Part shown: in pieces, positions 54,483-64,000 of the stretch
Numbering within the stretch: position 1 is the first letter of the stretch
Layout: each line of letters begins with the position of its first letter
Origin: Candidatus Undinarchaeota archaeon
Lineage (GTDB): Archaea; SpSt-1190; JASMDC01
Direction of reading: 5' to 3'
Length of the DNA stretch: 64,000 nt
NCBI GenBank assembly: GCA_964519305.1
Contig: CAZFHY010000013.1
Location: 1 to 64,000 of the forward strand
Program-made: the position numbers and the translations under genes
The notes under the pieces: model-generated
What the model was told of the DNA's origin: nothing
Seen by the model: the letters and a program-made list of their open reading frames with translations, nothing else
Databases searched by the model: none

Positions 54483-55862
54483 ATGCGCGTTCTCATCCTC
54501 AATCCACCCGGGCCCGGCGGTGTGCGCTACAGTCGCGACGGTCGGTGCCAGAGCGATGAAGGGGCATGGCTAGATACGTTCCCCCCTACCATGCTGGCCA
54601 GCGTGGCCGGTGCCCTCCGTACCGAGCATCAGGTGGTAGTCACCGACTGCATCGGCGAAAGACTGGGCATGGACGCTCTCCTGGAGCGGGTGGAGGCGCT
54701 TGATCCTGACGCTGTTGTGTGCAATACCGCAACACCCACGATCGCTGCCGACATGGCAGCCCTTGCCGTGGTGAAGGAGAGCTGTGATGCCATGACGCTC
54801 GCTTATGGCGAGCACGTAACGGCCCGTGCCACAGAGCTCCTCAAGGATCATCCCTCCTTGGACGTTGCCGTGCTGGGCGAAGCGGAGACACCTGTGCTCC
54901 GGGCATTGCGAGGGGAAGAACGTATCCCCGGTACAGCTGTGCGCGGATGGACGGGAGAACCTTGGATCGAACCCGAACTGGACATACTGCCATTCCCCGC
55001 CTACGACCTGCTGCCCACATACCGCTTCCCCCTTACCGGTGAGCCCTGGCTCTTCGTTCGTGACGGCCGTGGATGTCCCTACAACTGCTCGTTCTGTGTG
55101 ATGCCTCGCTTGGGCGGGCGACGGGCACGGTTCCATTCTTCTGAATACATGCTCGACCAGTTGACCTGGATCGTGGAGCGACTGGGGATCCACCTGTGGA
55201 TGCTCTGGAACGAACTTGCCACACTTGACAGAGCACGCATGGAACGACTGTGCGACCTGCTCGTGGGGTCCGGGCTGGCAGAACGGGCCCGCTGGTTCTG
55301 CACGACCCGCGCCGACCGGTTCGATCAGGCCCTCGCACAAAGGATGCATTCCGCAGGATGCCGTATGATATCCTTCGGTGTTGAGTCAGGGAGCCAGCAC
55401 GTTCTGGACCGGTGCGGTAAGGGTATCACCGTAGAGCAGGTGCATCAGGCCGTGGCCGCCGCCAGGGAAGCTGGTATGCACACCATCGGTCACTGCATCA
55501 TCGGGCTACCGGGCGAGGACGAGGAGTCCGCCCGGGCCACCGTCGACCTCGCTATCGAGAGCGGGCTCGATTTCGCTCAGTTCTATACCGCAACACCCTT
55601 CCCGGGAAGCGCTTTCCACGAGGAGGCCGTGCGAGAGGGGTGGTTCGCTGACGACGACTGGGGCGCGGTCGAGCAGGGGACTGCCGCCGTATCCTACCCG
55701 CACCTTCCCGCTGAACGCATTGCTGAGCTCCGACGCGAAGCGTACCGCGCGTTCTACCTCAGGCCTCGGGCAGCTGTATCGGTGGCGACCATGACGTCGC
55801 CCCGTGCGCTCCTCGACCTACCGCGCATGACGCTCGGATTCCTTGGGTGGATGGGCCGGTGA
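54483..55862 (+). CDS. B12-binding domain radical SAM protein (HpnJ-like N-terminus)
   Basis: LILNPP..RYSRDGRCQ, GEAE, RGCPYNCSFC, FGVESG, ATPFPGS. Confidence 0.92.
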   Translation: MRVLILNPPGPGGVRYSRDGRCQSDEGAWLDTFPPTMLASVAGALRTEHQVVVTDCIGERLGMDALLERVEALDPDAVVCNTATPTIAADMAALAVVKESCDAMTLAYGEHVTARATELLKDHPSLDVAVLGEAETPVLRALRGEERIPGTAVRGWTGEPWIEPELDILPFPAYDLLPTYRFPLTGEPWLFVRDGRGCPYNCSFCVMPRLGGRRARFHSSEYMLDQLTWIVERLGIHLWMLWNELATLDRARMERLCDLLVGSGLAERARWFCTTRADRFDQALAQRMHSAGCRMISFGVESGSQHVLDRCGKGITVEQVHQAVAAAREAGMHTIGHCIIGLPGEDEESARATVDLAIESGLDFAQFYTATPFPGSAFHEEAVREGWFADDDWGAVEQGTAAVSYPHLPAERIAELRREAYRAFYLRPRAAVSVATMTSPRALLDLPRMTLGFLGWMGR

Positions 55863-58069
55863 GAGCGCAGACCCTGCTCCTCATATTAGTGGTCACGTTC
55901 CATACCGCCCTTCTCTGGCCGGTCATCGGCCGGGGTCCGCCCATCGGAATGGACAACTCATATCATATAGGGAAACTCGCATGCCTTTCCGATAACACGG
56001 CAGAAGGTGGACCTGTGTTCGGGTGGTGTCCGGAGTACAGCGGTGGATTCCCACTGTTCCGGTACTACCAGCACGTCCCCTATATTGTCACGCTCGCGAT
56101 GATGCGGGTGCTCCCCCTGAACGTCACCGATGTGTTCAACATCACCCTCGTCCTCTTCTTCGTTGCGCCGGCCCTGGCCATCTTCCTTCTGGCACGTGCA
56201 CTGGGCGCCCCCCCGGGGTTCGCGGCGGCATTGTTCTTGTTCTATCCGACCTGTTGGGGTCACGACCACTGTGCCTACTTCAATCTGGGCGTGTGGACAC
56301 AGCCCTTTGGCCTCTTCTTCGCAGCGCTCGCCTTGTGGTCACTGGCGACGCGCCGTCAGAGACTTGCTACGCTCCTCCTCGCTATGACGATGGCATCGCA
56401 TCTCGTCCTTGCCTACATGCTCGTCCCCGTGATCATCCTCTTCCCTCTTCTTCTTCACACCGACCGTACACTCTCCCGGCGTCTGGCGCAGGGGGTGATG
56501 GTGCTCGTGCTGGCCGCGGCCCTTAGCTCGTACTGGCTGGTGCCCACCCTCACCACTATCTCTGCCCGTGGTTCCAATCCCTGGGTGCAGAACACCATCC
56601 AGAAGCGCTCTCTTGGCCTGGATGCGATCGACCTACTACTGGACGGTCGACTATTGGATGGTGTCACCAATGGCTCGAGCGAAAGGTACACTGTATCGAA
56701 GCTGGGCCGTCCACCGGTCATCACGGCGCTCGGGATGGTCGGCCTCGCGCTCTCGCTGGCCCGCGATCGCCGCTGCATCCTTCTCGTGCTCTCGTTCGCA
56801 TGCTCGATGGTGCTCTTCATAGGCGCTGAAGTGGTCACCCCGCTCAGTTACCTGCCCTTCGAAGCATCACTGTACTACATCCGCGCCCTCGCTCTCGTCG
56901 AGGTGTTCTTCGCCATCCTGGCAGCACGGGGATTGGGATGGCTCACCGGGGAACGGACGGCAGGGCTAGTCCTCGCCCTTGTCCTCCTATGGCCATCCGT
57001 GACACAGAGCGATATGTGGGCGCGGAGCGGTACTTTCCTATCGGATGTTATCGCCCGAGTCCTAGGTATAGTGCTGGAGAGCACAGCTCGTACAGTGCTC
57101 CTTGTCATGGGGGCCATTGTTGCGCTCGCATCCTCCCGGCGACCTCGCGGACGGCGCATTGCTGCCATAGCGCTAGTAGTGGTGCTCCTTCTCCCGCTCG
57201 GACTGGAGCGCGCTGGCTCCGCCGACGGACATGCACGCTCCATCCGCGACCACTCGCACATCGCGCGTCGTGTGTACGGCGCCGCTGACATCCTCACCGG
57301 GCTCCCCGGTCTAGGCAGGGTGCACACTGGCGGTAGCCTGGGATTGGGCAGCCACTGGGACATCGGTATCCTCGCGCTACGAGGTGGGAAGGATGCCACT
57401 TCGGTATACGGTGCCGGTCTTGATCACACGGCGCTCAACCACCATATCATCGGCCCGCGGCTCCAGGTCACGCCTAGTGATCTGGTGATGGCAGGTGTAC
57501 GGTACGTGGTGTCGGCCAAGCCCCTATCCCAAGGCTGGTTGATCGAACATCCCCACGACTATGACGGCTTCTATCTGTACGAGGCACTGGGTTCGTCCTA
57601 CGCCACGATCGTGAACCGCGCACCGTTGTTCCAGGGCACTTGGAACGAGTGGAAAGAGTTCGCGGACACGTGGGACCGCCGTATCACAGCATTGTACTAC
57701 ATGGATGGGCCAATATCGGATGTGGGGCCTACTTTCGGACCGGGCGAGCCCGTCCCCGACGTCGGCCAGCGGACTACACCCGTTTTCGAATGTCAACACA
57801 CCCGAACAGATCATACGTGCACCGTGCGGTCGGACGATCCGGGAGTCCTCGTGTTGAGAGTAGCTTACTTCCCCGACTGGCATGCCACCTATGACGGGAA
57901 AGAAACCCCCTTGTTCGTCGCAGCACCGTTCTTCATGGCGGTCGATTTCGAGCCCGGTACACACGAGATAACGTTCACCTGGCGTCAGTCGTACATGGTC
58001 ACCCTATCATGTCTGCTCTCACTGATCGTGTTCCTAGGAATTGTGTACGGGTCTGTCCGGCGCCGGTGA
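55859..58069 (+). CDS. PTPS-related/YfhO-like multi-pass membrane protein (putative GT-C glycosyltransferase)
   Basis: GMDNSYH, GWCPEYSGGFPLFRYYQ, LSSYWLVP, AYFPDWHATYDG..PFFMAV..GTHEITF. GTGA overlap with the radical SAM gene. Confidence 0.8.
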   Translation: MRAQTLLLILVVTFHTALLWPVIGRGPPIGMDNSYHIGKLACLSDNTAEGGPVFGWCPEYSGGFPLFRYYQHVPYIVTLAMMRVLPLNVTDVFNITLVLFFVAPALAIFLLARALGAPPGFAAALFLFYPTCWGHDHCAYFNLGVWTQPFGLFFAALALWSLATRRQRLATLLLAMTMASHLVLAYMLVPVIILFPLLLHTDRTLSRRLAQGVMVLVLAAALSSYWLVPTLTTISARGSNPWVQNTIQKRSLGLDAIDLLLDGRLLDGVTNGSSERYTVSKLGRPPVITALGMVGLALSLARDRRCILLVLSFACSMVLFIGAEVVTPLSYLPFEASLYYIRALALVEVFFAILAARGLGWLTGERTAGLVLALVLLWPSVTQSDMWARSGTFLSDVIARVLGIVLESTARTVLLVMGAIVALASSRRPRGRRIAAIALVVVLLLPLGLERAGSADGHARSIRDHSHIARRVYGAADILTGLPGLGRVHTGGSLGLGSHWDIGILALRGGKDATSVYGAGLDHTALNHHIIGPRLQVTPSDLVMAGVRYVVSAKPLSQGWLIEHPHDYDGFYLYEALGSSYATIVNRAPLFQGTWNEWKEFADTWDRRITALYYMDGPISDVGPTFGPGEPVPDVGQRTTPVFECQHTRTDHTCTVRSDDPGVLVLRVAYFPDWHATYDGKETPLFVAAPFFMAVDFEPGTHEITFTWRQSYMVTLSCLLSLIVFLGIVYGSVRRR

Positions 58070-58104
58070 AACACATTTAATACTGTCCAAGGAGATATTG
58101 GACC

Positions 58105-60318
58105 ATGGCCCGGGCTGGTACGAGGTTCGCGGTGGTCGCGCTCCTTCTTCTCGTACTGGTCACGGCCGAGGACATCTCACTCACCGTTCGCCTGGTCACT
58201 AACAATCCGCTCGAGATCGGTTCTAGTGCCACTGTATCGCTTAGCATCCAGAACAGTGGCGAGTATGACACTGAGGTAGTGGTGGCCCTTGACGCTCCGC
58301 GCCTCGAGTCCTCTTCAATGAGCGGGCCCGAGCAGAATCTGGGGTATCTGGGCCCTGGGGCGAAAGGTCAGACTGACTGGCGTGTATCTGCCCTGGGCCC
58401 GGGCAATTACACCATCTGCGTGAACGTCACCGGATCAGCCAGCATCGAGATGGACTATCCGACCCTGCCCGTATGCCTGGACGTTAAAGCGATCACCAAG
58501 GTGGAAAGCAAGACAGATGCGATCAATAGCACAGTGCTCACGGCCAAGGGTGTCCCCAAGAAGGGCGGATTGGCCGAGGTCCGCCCACCACTGAACCTCA
58601 CCTTGGCAAAGGGCGCCATTACACGAGAGAACGGTAATATCCAGTTCAAGCTCTCCGTGGAGAACACGGGTACAAGGGGCGGGGTGGTGACCGTGAACGT
58701 AGAGGGGAAGGGCGCCATCGACGTGGACCCTGCCTCATTCAACCTCCCCCCTGATGCTTCAAGGAGCGTCAACATTCTGGTCCAGGGCACCGACCTCCTG
58801 GACATCACCGTGACTGTGAAGGACGACCTAGATCGGTTGTTGGTATCTGAAAGAGTGCTCGACCGCCCTGAAGAGACCACCAACTGGGCGCGAGCAGTCG
58901 TACCGCTCCTGTTGATCATCCCCATAATCCTCGTCATCATCATTAAGGGGCGGGCCATGGAACGGCTCCTTCCCTCGCTGTACGTCCAGCGCTTCGAGAG
59001 CGTCATCGATGTCCGGGAGCGCGAATCCGAGCTCATGGGCAAGCGCATCACCCTTGAGGGCAAGGTCATCCTGGACGAGAACTTCGAGTTCTTCCATACT
59101 GTTTACGTCTACGATGCTTCGGGCGACTACCTGGCCGCCACGACCGACATCCAGTTGGAAGAGGGCATCTACACCGTGACCGGTCGCCTCGGCCGTGCCG
59201 AACACACCCAAGGATACGTCCAGGAGGGCGAGCTCCTGCTCCAGGTGGAGTCCGCCCGCGGCGAGTGGCAGTCCGGTGCGTCGCTGTTCGCTATGCGCAA
59301 CCATATCCGTGCCGTGGCGGTGCTGGCCGTGCTCTACCTGCTCGTGTCCCGGCGCATCCGCGACATCACCTACATAGCTCCCTGGGGCAACCTCCAGTAC
59401 TTGGCTATCGCACCTTTCTCCCTGCCGCTCCTGCCCATCCTTTTCGCGCTCGTGCCACTGCTGTTGGCCCTGGTAATGGGCCCTGTGTTCTGTGGCTGGG
59501 TATGCCCCGTCGGCTTCTTCCACGAGGTCATCGGCACAAGGCTCTCAAAACCACGTAAGGCGCTCGCACGCCTCAACGACCGCAACATCAAGTATCTGGG
59601 ACTGCTCGTCGTAATCGTCGTCACACTCGGCTTCCGAACTCCGGCCCTGTGCAAGGTGTGCCCCTTCGGCGATGTACTGGCGCGGATCGAACTGGACACA
59701 GGTATCTCCGCTGACGCCTTTGCAGGGGGAGCGGTCGCTTGGCGTCTGGGCATCCTGGGGGCGCTGATCATCGCCATGATCCTCATCCAACCCATCTACT
59801 GGTGCAAGAACCTCTGCCCATACGGTGCGCTCCTATCGGTGATGGGCATCACAAAGTGGACCGAGGTCCATGTCCAGCGGCAGGCCTGTGTCGACTGTGG
59901 TCTGTGCGAGAACGTGTGCCCCTACGAGCTGGGCATCCTCACCGACACCCACATGAACGAGTGCACTTCCTGCGGCAAGTGCGTGTCCGTCTGCTTCAAG
60001 AACGCCCTGACGCTCAATTTCAATCCTGGTCTCATCCGACAGAACCTTGTGCCCGCGGTACTGGGTCTACTGGTCGTGGCCATCATCCTGATGTTCCCCT
60101 TCGTCAGCGAGCGGCTCCCTGTCAACATCGACTACACGAAGTGCATCAAATGCGGTGCATGCTGGGAGCAGCACCCCAAGTTCTTCGCTGAGGACGATCG
60201 TACAGGGTTCCCGGTCATCAGCGAGGCTTCGGCAGTGAAGGTCGCTGGGCTCACGCCAGAGGAGGCGGACCGCATAATAGCGGTCTGTCCCGTGGACGCA
60301 ATCTCCGTTGAGGATTGA
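58105..60318 (+). CDS. Membrane 4Fe-4S protein (NapH/MauN/CcoG-like) with N-terminal secreted Ig-like domains and extra C-terminal ferredoxin
   Basis: Signal peptide, CARDB-like region, TM, FCGWVCP, LCKVCP, WCKNLCP, CVDCGLCENVCP, CTSCGKCVSVC, CIKCGAC...VCPVDAI. Confidence 0.85.
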   Translation: MARAGTRFAVVALLLLVLVTAEDISLTVRLVTNNPLEIGSSATVSLSIQNSGEYDTEVVVALDAPRLESSSMSGPEQNLGYLGPGAKGQTDWRVSALGPGNYTICVNVTGSASIEMDYPTLPVCLDVKAITKVESKTDAINSTVLTAKGVPKKGGLAEVRPPLNLTLAKGAITRENGNIQFKLSVENTGTRGGVVTVNVEGKGAIDVDPASFNLPPDASRSVNILVQGTDLLDITVTVKDDLDRLLVSERVLDRPEETTNWARAVVPLLLIIPIILVIIIKGRAMERLLPSLYVQRFESVIDVRERESELMGKRITLEGKVILDENFEFFHTVYVYDASGDYLAATTDIQLEEGIYTVTGRLGRAEHTQGYVQEGELLLQVESARGEWQSGASLFAMRNHIRAVAVLAVLYLLVSRRIRDITYIAPWGNLQYLAIAPFSLPLLPILFALVPLLLALVMGPVFCGWVCPVGFFHEVIGTRLSKPRKALARLNDRNIKYLGLLVVIVVTLGFRTPALCKVCPFGDVLARIELDTGISADAFAGGAVAWRLGILGALIIAMILIQPIYWCKNLCPYGALLSVMGITKWTEVHVQRQACVDCGLCENVCPYELGILTDTHMNECTSCGKCVSVCFKNALTLNFNPGLIRQNLVPAVLGLLVVAIILMFPFVSERLPVNIDYTKCIKCGACWEQHPKFFAEDDRTGFPVISEASAVKVAGLTPEEADRIIAVCPVDAISVED

Positions 60319-60326
60319 AGCGATCC

Positions 60327-60758
60327 CTACTCGATCACAGGATTCGCATCCTCGTCGAACGGGTTCGTCCGCATGGCGAGCGAGAACAGGTACGGGTGAT
60401 CGTCCTTGAGGTGCTTCATGTACGCCAGCCATTGACGGACGAGCAGGCCGTAGGCGCGTTGCAGGTCCTTGGCCAGATGCTCGCGGTCAGTGTCAGGGAG
60501 CACGTCGAGGTACGGACGGACGGATAGTTCTTCGGTCAGGTGGAACACGGCCTGCAGGAGCTCGGTGAACGACTCGTGCTCCAGAAGGTTGGGATTGGCC
60601 AGCAGGCGCACCAGGAACTTACGCTTCTCTATGAGGAACCGTCGAAGGTCCTCGAGCTCCACACGGTCGGTCTCGATATCGTAGCCATGGTCGTCCAGCC
60701 CTTTCCTGACACGGTCGAAGTGCTCGTCGTCCCATTCACTGTTGACGAGGAGGCGCTG
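60327..60758 (-). pseudogene. 5'-truncated conserved hypothetical gene (LANPNLLEHESFTELL family)
   Basis: The frame stays open upstream of the track start (QRLLVNSEWDDEHF...) with no start codon before TAG 60786-60788. From recall, family members have an N-terminal membrane part, which is absent here. Confidence 0.7.
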
Positions 60759-60759
60759 T

Positions 60760-62837
60760 CCGGGAAAATGGCCATATTGTGTATCCTAAAGGGTGCCGAC
60801 GGTGGGTTGTAGTACTTGATCTCACGATCAAGGAGAGAGCTCTATCAGGCGAGATGGGCGAAAAAAGATGAGTTCAAGGATAAAAAATCAATGTAAAATG
60901 TTCAATTTTTTAGCAGATTAGCTATTATAACCTCCTTTTACAATATCCACCATATACCTCATAACTTACGCTTTCTCCACGATGATAGAATGATATTTCG
61001 TAACTCCTCCCTGTTTTGTGCATTTAACCATTTTTTATCAAAATCTTCTTTTTCAACACTCGCAATTATCCACATAAGTGAGTGATACCAGAACCTCTCC
61101 TCGTCAGGTGTATGAACGATAATAAATGCTCCATGGATTGGTGTAGATTTGTATGAAAAAGTAATACCTTCCCTATCCCTAACTAATATAACTTCAAATT
61201 TGCTATGTCCCTGAATAGTGAGGGGAAGACATACCACACGGGAATGGATTATTGCCTGCGGCTTTTGCTCTCGTTCTATTAAAAGCTTGAATAACTCCTC
61301 TCGGCTTGTCTTTAATCGTTCTGCCAATGAATTTGTAACTATTTTAGTGAACTCGTCTGGCGAGAGAGAGGTTTTGAGATCAATAACGGGGCATTTTTTT
61401 ATTAAACGCTCAAACCGCTCCTCACAAATATTGTCTCTTTCTATTAGGATCTCCCTTAGCTCTTCCTCTATTAGGTAACTCGTTGAAGTGATCCCAGTAA
61501 CCCTTTCGACCACATGTAAGAGCGCATATTCTCGTTCTATCTTACCGCTTGCATAGACCCAATACCAGCCCAATCCACAAACGATTAATATACCAACCAA
61601 GAGAAGCGGAACAACGCCCATTTGAAAAATAAGAAATCCGTATCCAATAATTCCTGCTATCTGAACCCATGGATAAAAAGGAGATTGAAAACTTGGCTGA
61701 TAATTTTCGATTTTACTTTCTCGCATAACAATGACCGAGAGAGTTACCATCAGAAACAAGAGGATCTTCATGGTTGAGGCCGTCTTGACGAGACTTTCTA
61801 TGTCCAAGAACAAAATAACGCAGATCATGAAAGCAGAGGTGAAAAGTATAGAAAAAACCGGAGTTCCGCGTTCAGACACACTTCCAAAAAAACTCGGTAA
61901 GAGTTCGTCTTTACCCATTGCCATTGGGATCCTAGAAGCAGATAATATCCCCGCATTAGCTGTCGTTATAAGTGCTATAAGTGCAGCTACAGCCATCATT
62001 ATACTTCCACCCCACCCCATGAAAGTGCTGGCACCGAGAGAAATTGGTGTGAGAGAACCTTGCAGTTGAGTAGAATCCACCACGCCTACTGTTACAGAAA
62101 TTACGAGAATGTAAAGGAGAGATATGAAAACCCAAGCAAAAAACATTCCACGAGGAATATTTCGTCTCGGATTTTTCACCTCCTCTGCAACACTAGCAAT
62201 TTTTGTTAGACCCCCAAAGGAAACAAAAACAAGACCCACCGTTGCGAAAAAAGAACCAAAATCCCTGGGTGCAAGAGGGGCAAATCTGGAAAATTGGATC
62301 GAGAAAGAACCCACGACAGTATACAAAACAAGCAGACAGAGGAGGGCTCCAACCAAGGCTATCTGAGTCTTTCCTGCATGTTTAACACCAACGAGATTAA
62401 TAATGGTAAGAATTACACAAAATGCAACGGCAATAAGTTTCATTTGCATCTCTGTAAAACCCGGATTAAGCAATAAAGCAAACACACCGATTCCTATCAA
62501 GGCAAAAGCACTTTTTAGGGCCAAAGAAAACCACGCTGCAAATCCACCAATTGTTCCCATCCTAGGCCCCATACATCGATCTATGAAAAAATAAGTTCCA
62601 CCTGCTTTTGGCATGGCTGTGGCGAGTTCGATCTTCGAAAGCATGGCAGGAATAACAAAAATACTGGCAAGGAAATACGCAAGAATTACAGAAGGACCTG
62701 TTTTTGCATATGCCAATCCAGGCAAAATAAATAATCCTGAACTGATCATTGCTCCTGACGCTATGCAAAAAAGGTTGAGAAGCCCAAGTTCTTTTTTTAA
62801 CTTATAAGACATTGTTCTACTGCTCCATTACAGGCGG
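60760..62837. mobile_element. Low-GC horizontally acquired segment (no mobility gene seen)
   Basis: Visibly AT-rich sequence and A/T-ending codons compared with GC-rich flanks. The left edge coincides with the gene truncation. Confidence 0.6.
60959..62812 (-). CDS. APC-family amino acid permease with C-terminal PTS EIIA-like domain
   Basis: GAMISSGLF, ELATAMPKAGG, FGGLTKIASVAEEVKNP, then LIERE..ILVRDREGI.F..IHGAFII. Confidence 0.9.
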   Translation of the reverse strand: MSYKLKKELGLLNLFCIASGAMISSGLFILPGLAYAKTGPSVILAYFLASIFVIPAMLSKIELATAMPKAGGTYFFIDRCMGPRMGTIGGFAAWFSLALKSAFALIGIGVFALLLNPGFTEMQMKLIAVAFCVILTIINLVGVKHAGKTQIALVGALLCLLVLYTVVGSFSIQFSRFAPLAPRDFGSFFATVGLVFVSFGGLTKIASVAEEVKNPRRNIPRGMFFAWVFISLLYILVISVTVGVVDSTQLQGSLTPISLGASTFMGWGGSIMMAVAALIALITTANAGILSASRIPMAMGKDELLPSFFGSVSERGTPVFSILFTSAFMICVILFLDIESLVKTASTMKILLFLMVTLSVIVMRESKIENYQPSFQSPFYPWVQIAGIIGYGFLIFQMGVVPLLLVGILIVCGLGWYWVYASGKIEREYALLHVVERVTGITSTSYLIEEELREILIERDNICEERFERLIKKCPVIDLKTSLSPDEFTKIVTNSLAERLKTSREELFKLLIEREQKPQAIIHSRVVCLPLTIQGHSKFEVILVRDREGITFSYKSTPIHGAFIIVHTPDEERFWYHSLMWIIASVEKEDFDKKWLNAQNREELRNIILSSWRKRKL

Positions 62838-62884
62838 CCGAGAAAAGGCTATATATTTCTTTGCCTCCTGCGCCCCCAAGGGGT

Positions 62885-64000
62885 ATGCGCGTGGTCAGCG
62901 AGGAGAGCCTGCTCATTAAGAACGGCACCATCGTCACCATGGGAGAGCAGAACCGGGTCCTGAATGGCTCGGTGCTCATGAAGGGCGGCCGGATCGCCGA
63001 GGTCGGGAACACGAGAAGCTCTGCCGACACGGTCATCGATGCTGCGGGGAAGCTGGTCATCCCGGGAATCCCCTGCGGTCATTCCCATATGTACGGAGTG
63101 TTCTCGCGGGGCATGGCGCTCAAGTCAGAGCCCGCGACGGACTTCAAGGAGATCTTGGAGCGTTTGTGGTGGATGCTCGACAAGGGGCTCACGCTCAAGG
63201 ACGTACGGCTCTCGGCCGAGGTGTGCCTGTGTGAGGCCATCCGCTGTGGGACCACTTCTTTCGCCGAGCACCATGCGTCGCCCAACGCGGTCACAGGTAG
63301 CCTGCAGACGATCGCCGACGCAACAGAGCGGGCCGGATTGCGTGGATTGCTGTGCTACGAGACCTCGGACCGCGACGGCGAGGACATCGCACGACAGGGC
63401 ATAGAGGAGAACCGCGCCTTCGCTGCCAGCTATCGTGACCATCCTCGGATCCGTGGCAACTTCGGGCTCCATGCATCGCTCACGCTCTCTGACGAGACCC
63501 TGGCGCGGTGCGTCGAGGCCGAAGGCCCGCTGGGTTGCGGGTTCCACGTCCACGTGGCCGAAGGCCAGTGCGATGTGGACGATGCAAAGGAAAAGTACGG
63601 TATGGGCGTTGTGGAACGGCTCCATGACCGGGGCATCTCCGGTCCGCGCTCGATCTTTGTCCATTGCGTCCACGCCTCTGATGCGGAGAAGGACCTGTTG
63701 GCCAGTTCCAAGACCCATGTGGCCCACAATCCCGAGTCGAACATGAACAACGCCGTAGGCGTTGCCGACGTTCAGGGGATGCTGGACCGGGGCGTCAACG
63801 TCGGCCTGGGGACCGATGGTTTCACGTTCAATATGTTCCGGGAAGCGAAGAGCGCCTACGTCGTGCACAAGCTCGCCACACGGGACCCGCGATCCATGGG
63901 CGCGGACACGGTGATGGACCTGATGTTCCGTCGCAATTCCGCGATACTGGACATGCCCGTGGGAGAGCTGGCTCCTGGCAAGTGCGCCGATGCGGTCATC
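62885..64000 (+). CDS. ssnA: SsnA-like metal-dependent amidohydrolase (Atz/Trz family), 3'-partial
   Basis: Own translation, absent from the ORF track because it has no stop: LIKNGTIVT, PGIPCGHSHMY, LERLWW.LDK, EHHASP, CYETSDRDG, GLHAS, HVHVAE, HNPESNMNN, GTDG. TATA at about 62849-62857. Confidence 0.9.
   Translation, partial: MRVVSEESLLIKNGTIVTMGEQNRVLNGSVLMKGGRIAEVGNTRSSADTVIDAAGKLVIPGIPCGHSHMYGVFSRGMALKSEPATDFKEILERLWWMLDKGLTLKDVRLSAEVCLCEAIRCGTTSFAEHHASPNAVTGSLQTIADATERAGLRGLLCYETSDRDGEDIARQGIEENRAFAASYRDHPRIRGNFGLHASLTLSDETLARCVEAEGPLGCGFHVHVAEGQCDVDDAKEKYGMGVVERLHDRGISGPRSIFVHCVHASDAEKDLLASSKTHVAHNPESNMNNAVGVADVQGMLDRGVNVGLGTDGFTFNMFREAKSAYVVHKLATRDPRSMGADTVMDLMFRRNSAILDMPVGELAPGKCADAVI

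Noticed and set aside
62885-64000. Absence of the ssnA-like gene from the ORF track as a sign of recoding (Sec/Pyl)
   Set aside because: I found no in-frame stop on manual translation. It is missing only because it runs off the window end.

Overview
This is a GC-rich archaeal chromosomal window. The assignment rests on BRE/TATA promoters about 25-30 bp upstream of mostly leaderless genes, AglB/AglH, an archaeal-type GlyRS and Cmk, a type-A RNase P RNA, a tRNA-Ala(GGC) without encoded CCA, and a class III signal-peptide pilin. The lineage cannot be fixed from sequence alone. From left to right the window holds: a Cys-rich 52-aa tandem-repeat gene that collides tail-to-tail with an apparently truncated pilin; a bacterial-type ruvCAB operon; a sugar-modification cluster (U32 pair, acetyltransferase, B12-radical SAM, DegT aminotransferase, a second B12-radical SAM, epimerase); several large, often Cys-rich surface proteins; housekeeping genes; four GT-C-like membrane proteins; a tandem pair of membrane-anchored KaiC/RecA-like proteins with altered Walker A motifs; a type II pantothenate kinase; an aglB-aglH-B12 radical SAM-membrane protein operon; an Ig-like/polyferredoxin fusion; and a low-GC transporter insertion next to a 5'-truncated gene. 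The two best candidates for an undescribed system are (i) a radical/Fe-S glycan or lipid tailoring pathway linked to N-glycosylation and (ii) a possible recombinational pilin-variation locus beside ruvABC. Both are inferences. No database searches were run, and family calls come from motif recognition.
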